Positions 10,016 to 19,322 of a stretch of 53,171 nt of DNA are shown piece after piece. The position numbers and the translations under genes were made by a program. The stretch's first letter is position 1; each line of letters opens with the position of its first letter. The notes under the pieces were generated by a model. It made no database searches and was not told where the DNA came from. It was given only the letters and a program-made list of their open reading frames with translations. Origin of the DNA: a virus (taxonomy: Duplodnaviria > Heunggongvirae > Uroviricota > Caudoviricetes); IMG/VR virus record IMGVR_UViG_2721755711_000003, positions 1-53,171 of that record; one strand, 5' to 3'.

Positions 10016-11140
10016 ATGGTTAAGGCTAAAAACATGCCAAATCCCATGCCAAAAACTAAGGCAAACAATGAGCCTTATCGCAAGGTAAAAATAACGATAT
10101 GGGATGATCCCAAATTTAGGGCGTTATCTCCTCTGCCTCCAAGTGGACAGAGTTTGTTTATTTATCTGCTGACCAGTCCATTTACCGGGATTATTCCTGG
10201 GTTGTTTAAAGCCGGGCGGGCAGCAATGGCTGAAGAGTTGGGGTGGGATATCGAAGCCTTTGACTTAGCCTTAGGCGAAGCCATGAATCTTGGCATGGTG
10301 AAAGCAGATATCAAAGCCAGAGTTTTTTGGCTCCCGAATGCTGCGAAACACAATCCGCCAAACTCGATAAATGTCATTAAATCCTGGGCAAAGGCATTCG
10401 CTTTAATTCCTGATTGCCCTCTCAAATGGGAGGCCAGGGAATCGCTGAGAGCCGCGTCCTACGGGGTTTCTGAGGCTTTGGGGATGGCATTCGATAAGGC
10501 AATCCCTTTGCCTGAGGATAAGCCTAAGGATAAGGCTAACGCTTTGTCATGCGGTATCCAGATAACAGATAACAGATATATAAACCCCACACATAACGCG
10601 CGCGTGCGCGAGGGTGCTCCGGCCAGTGAGGCAAATGGCGTGCCGTTGCAGACAGCGGAACCTGATTACCTGGAAGGCCTGAGCGAACCCATCGGGAAAT
10701 TTCCGATGACCGATGGCTGGCATCCGTCGCCGGATTTTCGACGACGGGCTGCGCTGTGGGGCGTGGATCTTCCTGAGCCGGAATTTACACCAGCTGAACT
10801 TGCCGCCTTCCGGGACTACTGGGCAGCGGAGGGCAAAGTGTTCACGCAGGTTCAGTGGGAGCAGAAATTCGCCCGTCACGTAAATCACGTCAGGGCGCAG
10901 GTTAAACCAGTCAGCAAGGGGGTGAGCCATGCAGCCGCACCAGGTGGCGCCGCATCACGGGCAGTTCAGGAAATTCGGGCAGCACGTGAGCAGTGGGAAC
11001 GTGAAAACGGATTTATCAGCGACGGAAACGGCGTGGAAGCTGTGGGAACTCATGGGGGAGGTTTATTCGAACCGCTGGACCCAGAAGAACGGGGCCGCAC
11101 CTTCGAAGCTCTGGATTGCACAGATTGGCGCGATGACTGA
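10016..11140 (+). CDS. replication initiator, lambda O-like
   Basis: Sits directly upstream of the P-like gene and contains iteron-like repeats in its middle, as lambda ori does within O. Start chosen at ATG 10016 (GAGG 5 nt upstream). The 3' end overlaps the P-like gene by 211 nt, so the true C-terminus is uncertain. Confidence 0.45.
   Translation: MVKAKNMPNPMPKTKANNEPYRKVKITIWDDPKFRALSPLPPSGQSLFIYLLTSPFTGIIPGLFKAGRAAMAEELGWDIEAFDLALGEAMNLGMVKADIKARVFWLPNAAKHNPPNSINVIKSWAKAFALIPDCPLKWEARESLRAASYGVSEALGMAFDKAIPLPEDKPKDKANALSCGIQITDNRYINPTHNARVREGAPASEANGVPLQTAEPDYLEGLSEPIGKFPMTDGWHPSPDFRRRAALWGVDLPEPEFTPAELAAFRDYWAAEGKVFTQVQWEQKFARHVNHVRAQVKPVSKGVSHAAAPGGAASRAVQEIRAAREQWERENGFISDGNGVEAVGTHGGGLFEPLDPEERGRTFEALDCTDWRDD
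10490..10600. repeat. iteron-like direct repeats plus AT-rich tract (candidate replication origin)
   Basis: GATAAGGC, GGATAAGCC, GGATAAGGC, then AGATAACAGATAACAGATATATAAA, followed by a GC-rich CGCGCGCGTGCGCG block, all inside the O-like ORF. Confidence 0.4.
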
Positions 11141-11594
11141 GCAGCAAATCCGGCTGGTCTGCCGCCAGTGCATGGACCGCTGCCGGGCGGGTGAAACATG
11201 GCCTCCGGACCTGGCTGAGTTTGTGGCGCTGATTTCGGAAAGCGGGGCAAATCCATTTGGTCTGACGGTGGATAACGTGATGGAGGAATATCGCCGCTGG
11301 CGCAATGAGTCTTGGCGATACGACGGAAGCGATAAATACCCGTGGTCTCAGCCTGTGCTGTATCACATTTGCCTCGAGATGCGTTCAAAGGGGATTGAGC
11401 GCCAGATGACCGAAGGGGAGTTAAAACGGCTTGCAGAACGGCAGCTGACGAAATGGGCAAAGCATGTTGGTAACGGCCTGAGCGTTCCGCCAGTCCGGCG
11501 GCAACTGGCAGCACCAGAACGCCCGTCGGGGCCAACACCAATTGAGTTGCTGAAACAGGAATATGAACGCCGGAAGGCAGCTGGTTTTGTTTGA
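10929..11594 (+). CDS. replication protein P-like (DnaB helicase loader)
   Basis: C-terminal two-thirds align by eye with lambda P as recalled from memory (DKYPWSQPVLYHICLEM ~ ESYPWKSNAHYWLVTNL; MTEGELKRLAERQ ~ LTDAELRRKAADE); AAGGGGGTG precedes ATG 10929. Confidence 0.65.
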   Translation: MQPHQVAPHHGQFRKFGQHVSSGNVKTDLSATETAWKLWELMGEVYSNRWTQKNGAAPSKLWIAQIGAMTEQQIRLVCRQCMDRCRAGETWPPDLAEFVALISESGANPFGLTVDNVMEEYRRWRNESWRYDGSDKYPWSQPVLYHICLEMRSKGIERQMTEGELKRLAERQLTKWAKHVGNGLSVPPVRRQLAAPERPSGPTPIELLKQEYERRKAAGFV

Positions 11595-11628
11595 GATTGG
11601 TAAATAATTTTTAACGGGAGAAATTTTA

Positions 11629-12414
11629 ATGGAAACGTTGATTGATACGTTAAAAGCGATGCAAAAGGTGACGTGCACTGAGCTTGCTACCAGTTTGGGC
11701 ATTGCACCGGCTGAGGCGATTAAAATGTTGCGGGAGTACGAAGAGCAGGGAGAAGTTGTATCGGTTAATGGTTACTGGTCTGTTTCAGAACGACAAAGTG
11801 GCGTGAAAGAAAAAACAGTGCCGGTGTGTAAAGCGGAAAGAAAATCCCGCATGGTGGTCAGCAGAAAAGACCGTGAGCCACTGAATCGCTGCGACATCCT
11901 GTCCACACTTGCTCATGGTGGGGCAATGACCACCGCTGAGATTGCAATTGCTGTGGGGCGTGCTGATTGCGTCAGGTCGCTGGTTTCTGCGATGGAAAAG
12001 CTTTGCCGCGATGGCATGGCGATTAAGCTGGGACAGGGGAAGGGGTGTAAGTGGATGCTGGTAAAAGAAACCGGGGAAAATTTACCAGCAGAGCCGAAAT
12101 TTGTATCGGTAGCGAAAACTGATGGTAAAGCCTTTCCTCAGCCAGCGGGGGTTGCGTTACCAGTACAGGAGGTTGCAACACAGGAAGATATTAAAACAGA
12201 AACTGTGGCGGACATTGTGCAGTCGCTGCCATCGTTTACCGAAACGCGTGCGAATGACCTGATTTTACCATCGCTGCACATGGCAAACCGCGAACTGCGT
12301 CGGGCGAAAAATCATGTCCGGAAGTGGGAGCGAGTCTGCGCGGCGCTGCGGGAGCTTAACAAGCACCGGGATATTGTACGGCAGATGAATTGTTCCAGAG
12401 AGGATGTGAAGTGA
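11629..12414 (+). CDS. hypothetical protein with two predicted winged-helix segments
   Basis: 261-aa ORF; helix-turn-helix-like segments near residues 15-45 and 100-130. Confidence 0.45.
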   Translation: METLIDTLKAMQKVTCTELATSLGIAPAEAIKMLREYEEQGEVVSVNGYWSVSERQSGVKEKTVPVCKAERKSRMVVSRKDREPLNRCDILSTLAHGGAMTTAEIAIAVGRADCVRSLVSAMEKLCRDGMAIKLGQGKGCKWMLVKETGENLPAEPKFVSVAKTDGKAFPQPAGVALPVQEVATQEDIKTETVADIVQSLPSFTETRANDLILPSLHMANRELRRAKNHVRKWERVCAALRELNKHRDIVRQMNCSREDVK

Positions 12415-12725
12415 GATGGCGTGGCTGGGTGCGGGCTGAAATCCTTATTCTGCGGCAGTGCGCGGGAACAATGAAGGTAAAAAGCATCGGCAGTCTGATT
12501 GGTCGTAGTGAGGCGGCTGTCAGGACGAAAGCCCGGGAGATGGGAATAAGTCTGATTCTGCGTGGTGATTTTCACCAGTCAGCAAAATATCTTCAGAGCG
12601 ATATTGAGCTGGCGCGACAACTGCATCAGCGTGGCGTGTCCAGGAGAGAAATCGCCATAAAATTTGGAATGCCGTTGCGCACAGTGAATAACTACGTTTA
12701 TTTCAACAGGAGGGTTCTGGAGTGA
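12411..12725 (+). CDS. HTH DNA-binding protein
   Basis: GTG start overlapping the upstream stop (GTGA), with GAGGA upstream; two HTH-like segments. Confidence 0.4.
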   Translation: MRWRGWVRAEILILRQCAGTMKVKSIGSLIGRSEAAVRTKAREMGISLILRGDFHQSAKYLQSDIELARQLHQRGVSRREIAIKFGMPLRTVNNYVYFNRRVLE

Positions 12726-13012
12726 GGGTTTATATCGCCGGTCCAATGACGGGCTATGAAAATTTCAACCGTGAGGCGTTCCACAAGGTGGAAGAGGAAC
12801 TGAAACGGGATGGGCACACAGTCTTAAATCCGGCAGTACTTCCGGACGGACTGACGCAGCCGCACTACATGGATATTTGCATGGCAATGATTCGCTGCGT
12901 GGATGCGATTTACATGCTGAAAGACTGGCAGCGGTCGGCAGGTGCCAGGGCAGAACTGGCACTGGCGGAGAAGCTGGGGCATGCGGTTATTTTACAGAAG
13001 GCGATGCAGTGA
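12722..13012 (+). CDS. nucleoside 2-deoxyribosyltransferase-like small protein (DUF4406-like)
   Basis: N-terminal MRVYIAGPMTG motif typical of that fold; start overlaps the upstream stop. Confidence 0.5.
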   Translation: MRVYIAGPMTGYENFNREAFHKVEEELKRDGHTVLNPAVLPDGLTQPHYMDICMAMIRCVDAIYMLKDWQRSAGARAELALAEKLGHAVILQKAMQ

Positions 13013-13149
13013 ATATGTTCTGGATAATCAAAATTGAGCTGTTTGTTATTGTTTTCCTGATCAGTGCATTTCTTGCGTATTTTCATGAAAGGAGATCACT
13101 CAATAACTGAACCGCCCCGGGTTTCCTGGAGAGTGTTTTATCTGTGAAC

Positions 13150-14040
13150 TCAGGCTGCCAGATCATCGTTTCCGATGGAAGCATAATAAGCTTTTTCTGC
13201 TTCTGCCGGTGGGATATGGCCCAGCCTTTCCAGCAATCGTCGATTGTTATACCAGTCCACCCACGTGAGTGTGGACAGCTCCACTTCTGTCCGGTTTTTC
13301 CAGCGCTTACGGTGTATTACCTCCGCTTTGTAAAGGCCATTGATGCTCTCCGCCATCGCGTTGTCATACGAGTCACCAGTACTCCCTGTTGATGCCAGTA
13401 AGCCGGCTTCCTTAAGCCGCTGCGTGTAGGCCAGCGATACATACTGAGAACCTTTATCACTGTGGTGGATTGTGCCGGACGGCCGACGGGCCCACAACGC
13501 CTGCTCCAGTGCATCCAGCACGAATGCCGTTTCCATGGATGATGAGACCCGCCATCCCACGATGTATCCGGCGAACACATCAATGATGAACGCCACATAA
13601 ACGAAGCCCTGCCATGTGTTTACCCAGGTAAAATCAGCCACCCACAACTGGTCAGGACGTTCTGCCACGAACTGACGGTTTACGCGGTCGCATGCGGCAA
13701 CGGCTTTCCGGCTGACGGTAGTGCGGACCTTTTTACCCCGGAGAACACCGGCAAGTCCCATAACCGCCATGAGACGTGCCACAGTGCATCTGGCCACTCT
13801 GATACCTTCCCGTAACAACTGACGCCAGACTTTACGCACACCGTATACCTGGTGATTTTCATCGTATACGCGCTGTATCTCTTTCTTCAGCCAGTCATCG
13901 CGCTGCGCACGGGCACTGCGTTTATCAGGATGATGTCGCTGTTGCTGACAGTGGTAATACGTTGACGGGGCAATATGCAGTTCGCTGCATACCGGTCCGA
14001 CCCCGTACTGCTCACGCAGCTTATCCAGCAGTGGCATCAT
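13150..14040 (-). CDS. IS3-family transposase OrfB (integrase core)
   Basis: 296-aa ORF with a DDE-type transposase core, overlapping orfA in the arrangement expected for a -1 frameshift fusion. Confidence 0.85.
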   Translation of the reverse strand: MMPLLDKLREQYGVGPVCSELHIAPSTYYHCQQQRHHPDKRSARAQRDDWLKKEIQRVYDENHQVYGVRKVWRQLLREGIRVARCTVARLMAVMGLAGVLRGKKVRTTVSRKAVAACDRVNRQFVAERPDQLWVADFTWVNTWQGFVYVAFIIDVFAGYIVGWRVSSSMETAFVLDALEQALWARRPSGTIHHSDKGSQYVSLAYTQRLKEAGLLASTGSTGDSYDNAMAESINGLYKAEVIHRKRWKNRTEVELSTLTWVDWYNNRRLLERLGHIPPAEAEKAYYASIGNDDLAA

Positions 14041-14363
14041 TTTTTCCAGAGGCGGTCGAACTCCGCCTTCGCAAAATAAGCGGAAGCCTGGCGAAGGATA
14101 TCGTTACTGCGGCGCAGTTCACGATTTTCACGTTCCAGCTCTTTCAGACGCTGACGTTCAGCGGTGGTGAGCCCACCATCACCGCCCCCGGTATCCCGCT
14201 CATGCTGGCGAACCCAGACACGCAGAGTCTCCGGCGTACAGCCAATTTTTGGGGCAATGGAACAAATTGCCGCCCACTGTGAATCATACTCATCCTGACT
14301 TTCCAGAACCATACGAATCGCTCGCTGACGGACTTCGGGGGAAAAACGAGTATTTTTAGTCAT
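14037..14363 (-). CDS. IS3-family transposase OrfA (HTH)
   Basis: 108-aa ORF with HTH and leucine-zipper-like C-terminus, starting just inside the IS629 right inverted repeat. Confidence 0.8.
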   Translation of the reverse strand: MTKNTRFSPEVRQRAIRMVLESQDEYDSQWAAICSIAPKIGCTPETLRVWVRQHERDTGGGDGGLTTAERQRLKELERENRELRRSNDILRQASAYFAKAEFDRLWKK

Positions 14364-14578
14364 CCTGTTTACCTCTTTCTCAGGGAGTTTAGTCTCCAGG
14401 ATTCCCGGGACGGTTCAACTTCCATCGAGATCGGGTAATAACATTTGAACAGATCGCTGAATAACATCGATGGAGATCACTTTTGACTCATTTTGTTATT
14501 CAGTGATCTCCATCAATGTTATTGGAACTTCACAGGTGTGTTGATCTGTATCTTTTGCCATTCCGGTAAAGGATACCT

Positions 14579-16120
14579 ATGCCAACAGTTCCAATTTCTA
14601 TGAGAAAACTTAAAGAAATTCTTAGGCTTAAATACGGTGTTGGACTCAGCCATCGACAAATTGGTCGTAGTCTTGCAATCTCCCCTTCCGTTGTATCCAG
14701 ATATGCTAATCGGGCGGCTCAACTTGGCATAAAGCAGTGGCCCTTACCTACAGGATGGGATGATACAAAACTAAAACATGCGTTCCTTCAGACCCAGGTT
14801 AAGATGAAGAAGCACTCTCTGCCTGACTGGGCTACAGTACACCGGGAACTGCGTAATAAATGCGTGACGCTGCAGCTACTCTGGGAAGAATACTGTGAGC
14901 GTAATCCAGGCGGTTTTTACAGCTATAACCATTACTGCCGGATGTACCGTGAATGGCTCAAAACCACTTCACCATCAATGCGTCAGGTACATAAAGCTGG
15001 CGAAAAACTTTTCGTTGATTACTGTGGACCTACCGTTGGCGTTACCGACCCTGAGACCGGAGAAATAAGAACTGCTCAGGTCATCGTAGCTGTTCTCGGG
15101 GCATCAAGTTACACATGGGCAGAGGCCACCTGGTCTCAGCAGCTTGAAGACTGGGTGATGAGTCATGTTCGCTGCTTCCAGTGGTTGGGTGGCGTTCCTG
15201 AACTTGTTGTTCCGGACAATCTGAAAAGCGCCACATCCAGGGCATGTAAGTATGATCCTGACGTTAACCCTACCTACCAGCAGATGCTTGAGCATTATAA
15301 TGTCGCAGTTTTGCCTGCGCGGCCACGTAAACCGAAAGATAAAGCCAAAGCTGAAGTTGGCGTTCAGGTTGTTGAACGCTGGATCATGGCCCGAATCAGG
15401 CATGAGATCTTCTACAGCCTTGCATCGCTTAATCAGCGCATTCGGGAGTTGCTGGAAAGACTGAATAACAAAATAATGCAGAAGTTGGGTTATTCACGTG
15501 CAGAACTCTTCATCCAGCTTGATAAACCCGCACTGAAGCCTCTTCCTGAAGCCAGTTACAGTTACACCCTGGTGAAGAAAGTCAGAGTTCATGCCGATTA
15601 CCACGTGGAAATCGACAAACATTACTACTCGGTTCCATGTTCGCTGTTAGGCCAGCAACTGGAAGCATGGATCTCCGGAGAACTGGTAAGACTCTTCAAT
15701 CAGGGGCAGGAGGTTGCTGTGCACCCGCGCAAGCGTACTTATGGCTACAGTACCCGCAACGAGCACATGCCTGAAGCTCATCGACAGCATGCCACCTGGA
15801 CGCCAGAGCGTCTTCTGGAATGGGCGGGGCACATAGGCAGTGAAACTCATAGTTATGTGCTTCATATACTGAACTCTCGTCCACATCCGGAACAAAGCTA
15901 TCGCTTCTGCCTTGGACTCCTGAACCTTCATAAAAAATACAGTAAAGCCAGACTTAATGCAGCATGTGCAAGAGCTCTGAAAACAAAGGTATGGCGTCTG
16001 TCAGGTATTAAATCGATCCTGGAAAAAGGTCTGGATAAACAACCTGTTCAGGATCCAAAACCAGATCTGTTATCCACGATGGAACACGAAAACGTACGCG
16101 GCAGTGAGTATTACCACTGA
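14579..16120 (+). CDS. istA: IS21-family transposase IstA
   Basis: 513-aa ORF with N-terminal HTH and a DDE-type core, followed by an IstB-like ATPase gene. Confidence 0.75.
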   Translation: MPTVPISMRKLKEILRLKYGVGLSHRQIGRSLAISPSVVSRYANRAAQLGIKQWPLPTGWDDTKLKHAFLQTQVKMKKHSLPDWATVHRELRNKCVTLQLLWEEYCERNPGGFYSYNHYCRMYREWLKTTSPSMRQVHKAGEKLFVDYCGPTVGVTDPETGEIRTAQVIVAVLGASSYTWAEATWSQQLEDWVMSHVRCFQWLGGVPELVVPDNLKSATSRACKYDPDVNPTYQQMLEHYNVAVLPARPRKPKDKAKAEVGVQVVERWIMARIRHEIFYSLASLNQRIRELLERLNNKIMQKLGYSRAELFIQLDKPALKPLPEASYSYTLVKKVRVHADYHVEIDKHYYSVPCSLLGQQLEAWISGELVRLFNQGQEVAVHPRKRTYGYSTRNEHMPEAHRQHATWTPERLLEWAGHIGSETHSYVLHILNSRPHPEQSYRFCLGLLNLHKKYSKARLNAACARALKTKVWRLSGIKSILEKGLDKQPVQDPKPDLLSTMEHENVRGSEYYH

Positions 16121-16131
16121 TACGGGATCCA

Positions 16132-16881
16132 ATGATGAATCATCTTTACGAACAACTGACCGCACTTAAACTCACCGGCTTCCGTGATGCGCTTAAAAAG
16201 CAACTTGCTCAGCCGGGCACATACCAGGAGCTGGGCTTCGAAGAACGCCTGTCATTACTGACAGCAGAAGAACTAACCTGCCGTGAAAACAGGAAGGCAG
16301 AGCGTCTGATCAAACATGCACGGTTCAGACTTAATGCTGAGTTATCAAAGCTGGATTATCGTAACAATAGAGGGCTGGACAGGGCCCTCATCCGTTCACT
16401 CAGTCAGGGAAACTGGTTAACCCTGAAACAAAATATTTTACTGACCGGGGCCACCGGCAGCGGTAAAACGTTCCTGGCATGTGCACTTGGTCATAATGCC
16501 TGCCGACAGGGATACAAGGTCTACTATTATCGCCTTAAAGCGCTGATGGAACAGTGCTATCAGGGGCATGCTGATGGAAGATACAGCAAACTTTTGACCA
16601 GGCTGAATAATAGCGATCTGCTGCTTCTGGATGACTGGGGGCTGGAACCTCTCTCATCAGAACAGCGTAGCGACCTGCTGGAAATAGTGGATCTGATGTA
16701 CCAACGAGGCTCAATCATCGTAGTGAGCCAGTTGCCGGTGGAAAACTGGTACAAAATGATCGGAGACTCCACACATGCGGATGCCATCCTAGATCGACTG
16801 GTTCATGGCAGTATCAAGATCGAACTTAAAGGAGAATCAATGCGGAAAATACAATCTCCGTTGACCGAAGGAGATCAGTGA
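16132..16881 (+). CDS. istB: IS21-family helper ATPase IstB
   Basis: 249-aa ORF with Walker A (LTGATGSGKT) and Walker B (LLLLDDWG) motifs. Confidence 0.8.
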   Translation: MMNHLYEQLTALKLTGFRDALKKQLAQPGTYQELGFEERLSLLTAEELTCRENRKAERLIKHARFRLNAELSKLDYRNNRGLDRALIRSLSQGNWLTLKQNILLTGATGSGKTFLACALGHNACRQGYKVYYYRLKALMEQCYQGHADGRYSKLLTRLNNSDLLLLDDWGLEPLSSEQRSDLLEIVDLMYQRGSIIVVSQLPVENWYKMIGDSTHADAILDRLVHGSIKIELKGESMRKIQSPLTEGDQ

Positions 16882-17102
16882 AGGTAATTTAAAAACGGTT
16901 CTGTGAAAGTGACACGAACCGATCTCCATCGATGTTACTCACCGATCTCCTTCACGGTAATACGCATTTCTGGCAGCGGCTTTTATTATCTGGGAAAATC
17001 CTTTTCGACATATCAGTCCACTGTTTGCAATCAGGGTGTTAATAGCATCGGTTGTAGTGGTGTGGTTAATTTGTTTTGCATTATTTTAATGGAGTTAATG
17101 TT

Positions 17103-17414
17103 ATGAACGAAATCAAAGAAATGCCGGTAGAACGTGATGCATATGGCTGCTGGATACATCCTGAATATGAAAAATTTTGTGATGGCCGGGAGTATATTTC
17201 GACGGAAGAATTTAATGCCTGGATGAAGGCGAATAATCTTCAGTGGACCATTCGCGCAATGGATGAAGATGATTTTAATCCGGATGCGGATGGTCCTGAT
17301 ATTTCCGCATGGGAGCCGGAACGACCAGAGGGTGATGGGTGGTTTATTGGCTCCATTCATGACACGGAAGACGGCCCGGTTTGTGTATGGATGAGAAATA
17401 AGGTTCAGGCATAA
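17103..17414 (+). CDS. hypothetical phage protein
   Basis: ATG 17103 (MNEIKEMPVERDAYGCW...), 104 aa; first gene after the IS block. Confidence 0.45.
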   Translation: MNEIKEMPVERDAYGCWIHPEYEKFCDGREYISTEEFNAWMKANNLQWTIRAMDEDDFNPDADGPDISAWEPERPEGDGWFIGSIHDTEDGPVCVWMRNKVQA

Positions 17415-17540
17415 AGCGATAAACAAACTGACAATAAGACACTGAAATTTAAATCAGAAGTGATTTTTATTAAATCCTTAACCGGAGGGATTTCTGCACC
17501 CTCAAAACATCAGGAGGCCGCCCGAAAGGGCGGTAAGACA

Positions 17541-17714
17541 ATGCGAAAATTCAAAATAGTTATCGAAACGAGGATTGTTGGTAACGTGCGTGAAGATGTA
17601 TTTGAAGTGGATGATGATGCGACTCCTGAGGAAATAGAAAACGAGGCAATTGATGTTTTCTTTAATCACTGCAATTACTCAATTTACGAAATAAAAGACG
17701 AAGTGGAAGAGTAA
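17541..17714 (+). CDS. hypothetical small protein
   Basis: ATG 17541 preceded by AAAGGGCGG; 57 aa, acidic. Confidence 0.35.
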   Translation: MRKFKIVIETRIVGNVREDVFEVDDDATPEEIENEAIDVFFNHCNYSIYEIKDEVEE

Positions 17715-18077
17715 ATGGCGACTTTGACCAAAGAAGAACGGTTTACCAAAGAGCAGTTAATAGCCCACGCAGAGGAGGCTATTGAATCACAGAGACTGTG
17801 CATACCAGGCACAATCGACCATGACCTCATTCGCGCATATAAGATGGATATTGCTGTTCTGGAAATTGCACTGCAATCGCTGGCAGCAGCGCCAGTTGGT
17901 AAATTTTATGAATACAAACCAGTGGGGTATCAGCGTCTGGTCGACGAGTTAACTATGCAGGTAAAGCAGTTAGCCTGGCAACTGAGGAAAGCGAAGCCGG
18001 ACTGCAAACTGCCGGATAAGGCGATGGACTACCTGGAGCGAAACGGACTGACAAGCGTGGAGGATGTTTTACGATGA
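17715..18077 (+). CDS. hypothetical phage protein
   Basis: 120-aa ORF, contiguous with the upstream gene. Confidence 0.45.
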   Translation: MATLTKEERFTKEQLIAHAEEAIESQRLCIPGTIDHDLIRAYKMDIAVLEIALQSLAAAPVGKFYEYKPVGYQRLVDELTMQVKQLAWQLRKAKPDCKLPDKAMDYLERNGLTSVEDVLR

Positions 18078-18157
18078 CCTGGCCTGAAGCATTCACAACG
18101 GCAGGAATTGCGATGGCGGTGGCGCTGGTGGTGTATTCGATTTTCTGCTGGGGATAA
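18074..18157 (+). CDS. small hydrophobic peptide
   Basis: 27-aa ORF ([27 protein letters not shown]) whose ATG overlaps the upstream stop (ATGA); one predicted transmembrane segment. Confidence 0.25.
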   Translation: MTWPEAFTTAGIAMAVALVVYSIFCWG

Positions 18158-18163
18158 CAAAAG

Positions 18164-18187
18164 CCAGCCCATTAGGGCTGGTTTTTT
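18164..18187 (+). terminator. rho-independent terminator
   Basis: CCAGCCC / GGGCTGG stem, ATTA loop, then TTTTTT; shared by the convergent genes on either side. Confidence 0.55.
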
Positions 18188-18473
18188 AAAGAGGTAGCTT
18201 CATGATGGCTGCCAGTGCGCCAACAGCAACGACGAGCATCCCGCCAAATCTGACAGTCAGTTGCAGGGTGAGTTTATCAATTTTTGCATCAATGGCAGCA
18301 ATGTCATTTTTTAGTTCAGTTTTAACATCGTTCAGGTCGCGCTTTGTAGCGACTTCTGCCGCTTCGTGAGAATCCTTTACTGCAGCAGATATGGCGCGAG
18401 CTTGTGCTGCAGGCATTCCGGCGGCTTCTAGGGTTTCAACGAATTTCAGAGTATCAAAATAGACCTGAGCCAT
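18186..18473 (-). CDS. coiled-coil membrane-anchored protein (DUF1640-like)
   Basis: 95-aa ORF, helical N-terminal part and hydrophobic C-terminal segment (MLVVAVGALAAIMKL). Confidence 0.45.
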   Translation of the reverse strand: MAQVYFDTLKFVETLEAAGMPAAQARAISAAVKDSHEAAEVATKRDLNDVKTELKNDIAAIDAKIDKLTLQLTVRFGGMLVVAVGALAAIMKLPL

Positions 18474-18674
18474 GGTATTAAGTCCTTCGTTGTTGGGGAA
18501 TGTTGTTATTTTAGCTTGTTATGTCTGTTGACGACAACAGACATCCGGGGCTATAGCACTATAAAACCGTTTAGGAGTAGCATGGCTGGGGTGTTGTCAG
18601 CAATGAGCAATTGGTGGTGTGATGCGGTTGTGATGATAAGAAGAACAATACCCCCCCGTGGGATTGTGGAGGGA

Positions 18675-18845
18675 TTATTTATTGGGTGTATTGATGTCTT
18701 GAAGAGTGACTTTTATTTCTTCACCTGAATCTGCATTTTTGAGGACATATACAATGTCGTCATTAAGAATGTGCACTACGAGCCATTCTCCATCTTTTTC
18801 ACGTAAGTGAACGATACTGCCTGTTGATATGCCATGAACGGTCAT
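18675..18845 (-). CDS. hypothetical small protein
   Basis: 56-aa ORF translated by hand (MTVHGISTGSIVHLREKDGEWLVVHILNDD...); weak ribosome-binding site. Confidence 0.25.
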   Translation of the reverse strand: MTVHGISTGSIVHLREKDGEWLVVHILNDDIVYVLKNADSGEEIKVTLQDINTPNK

Positions 18846-18931
18846 TTCTGCGTCTCTCGTGTTGTAGGTATAAGGTTAGTATAGCCAAGAATGCATGAAA
18901 GGCATAGCAGGCTATAAAGTAGCAAAAGGTG

Positions 18932-19069
18932 ATGTTAATCGTCCTGATCGTCATCTGTTTAACCGTCATAGTGACGACACTGGTAACGAGGAAAGACCTC
19001 TGTGAGGTACAAATCCGAATCGGTCAGACGGAGGTCGCTGTCTTTACAGCTTACGAACCTGAGGAGTAA
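18932..19069 (+). CDS. hok: Hok/Gef-family type I toxin (hokD/relF-like)
   Basis: Hand translation MLIVLIVICLTVIVTTLVTRKDLCEVQIRIGQTEVAVFTAYEPEE closely matches Hok/Gef toxins as recalled from memory; an in-frame TAG lies just upstream; followed by a fold-back hairpin and terminator. Confidence 0.6.
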   Translation: MLIVLIVICLTVIVTTLVTRKDLCEVQIRIGQTEVAVFTAYEPEE

Positions 19070-19138
19070 GAGACCTGGCGGGAGAGAAATCTCCCGCCTC
19101 CTCTGATGTGTCAGGCATCTTCAACGCCCCCGTACTTA

Positions 19139-19159
19139 ACCCGCTTCGACGGGTTTTTT
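19139..19159 (+). terminator. rho-independent terminator downstream of hok
   Basis: ACCCG / CGGGT stem, CTTCGA loop, then TTTTTT. Confidence 0.55.
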
Positions 19160-19322
19160 GTTACGATTATTTTTAATCAAACAGGCTTTTTGTGTTTTTG
19201 TGATTTGTTGTTCTTGAGGCTAATTACGGGGGAAATAGAATCTCATTACTTGATTGGCGCGCAGGGAGAAGAGGGATGGCCCCCAAACAGGGGAAAGTTA
19301 TTTATCCAGAAGGATTCTGCTG

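Larger units (their letters stand above)
13108..14417 (-). mobile_element. IS629 (IS3 family) insertion sequence
   Basis: 1310 bp bounded by imperfect terminal inverted repeats TGAACCGCCCCGGG... (left) and ...CCCGGGACGGTTCA (right); encloses orfA/orfB. No clean target-site duplication seen. Confidence 0.85.
14418..16957 (+). mobile_element. IS21-family insertion sequence (boundaries approximate)
   Basis: istA/istB gene pair flanked by repeated AACATCGATGGAGATC motifs at both ends (14463-14520 and 16921-16950); exact termini not resolved. Confidence 0.6.

Noticed and set aside
10162-11702. Multiple minus-strand ORFs of 80-163 aa across the O/P genes
   Set aside because: Pro/Arg/Ser-rich low-complexity translations typical of antisense frames in GC-rich coding DNA.
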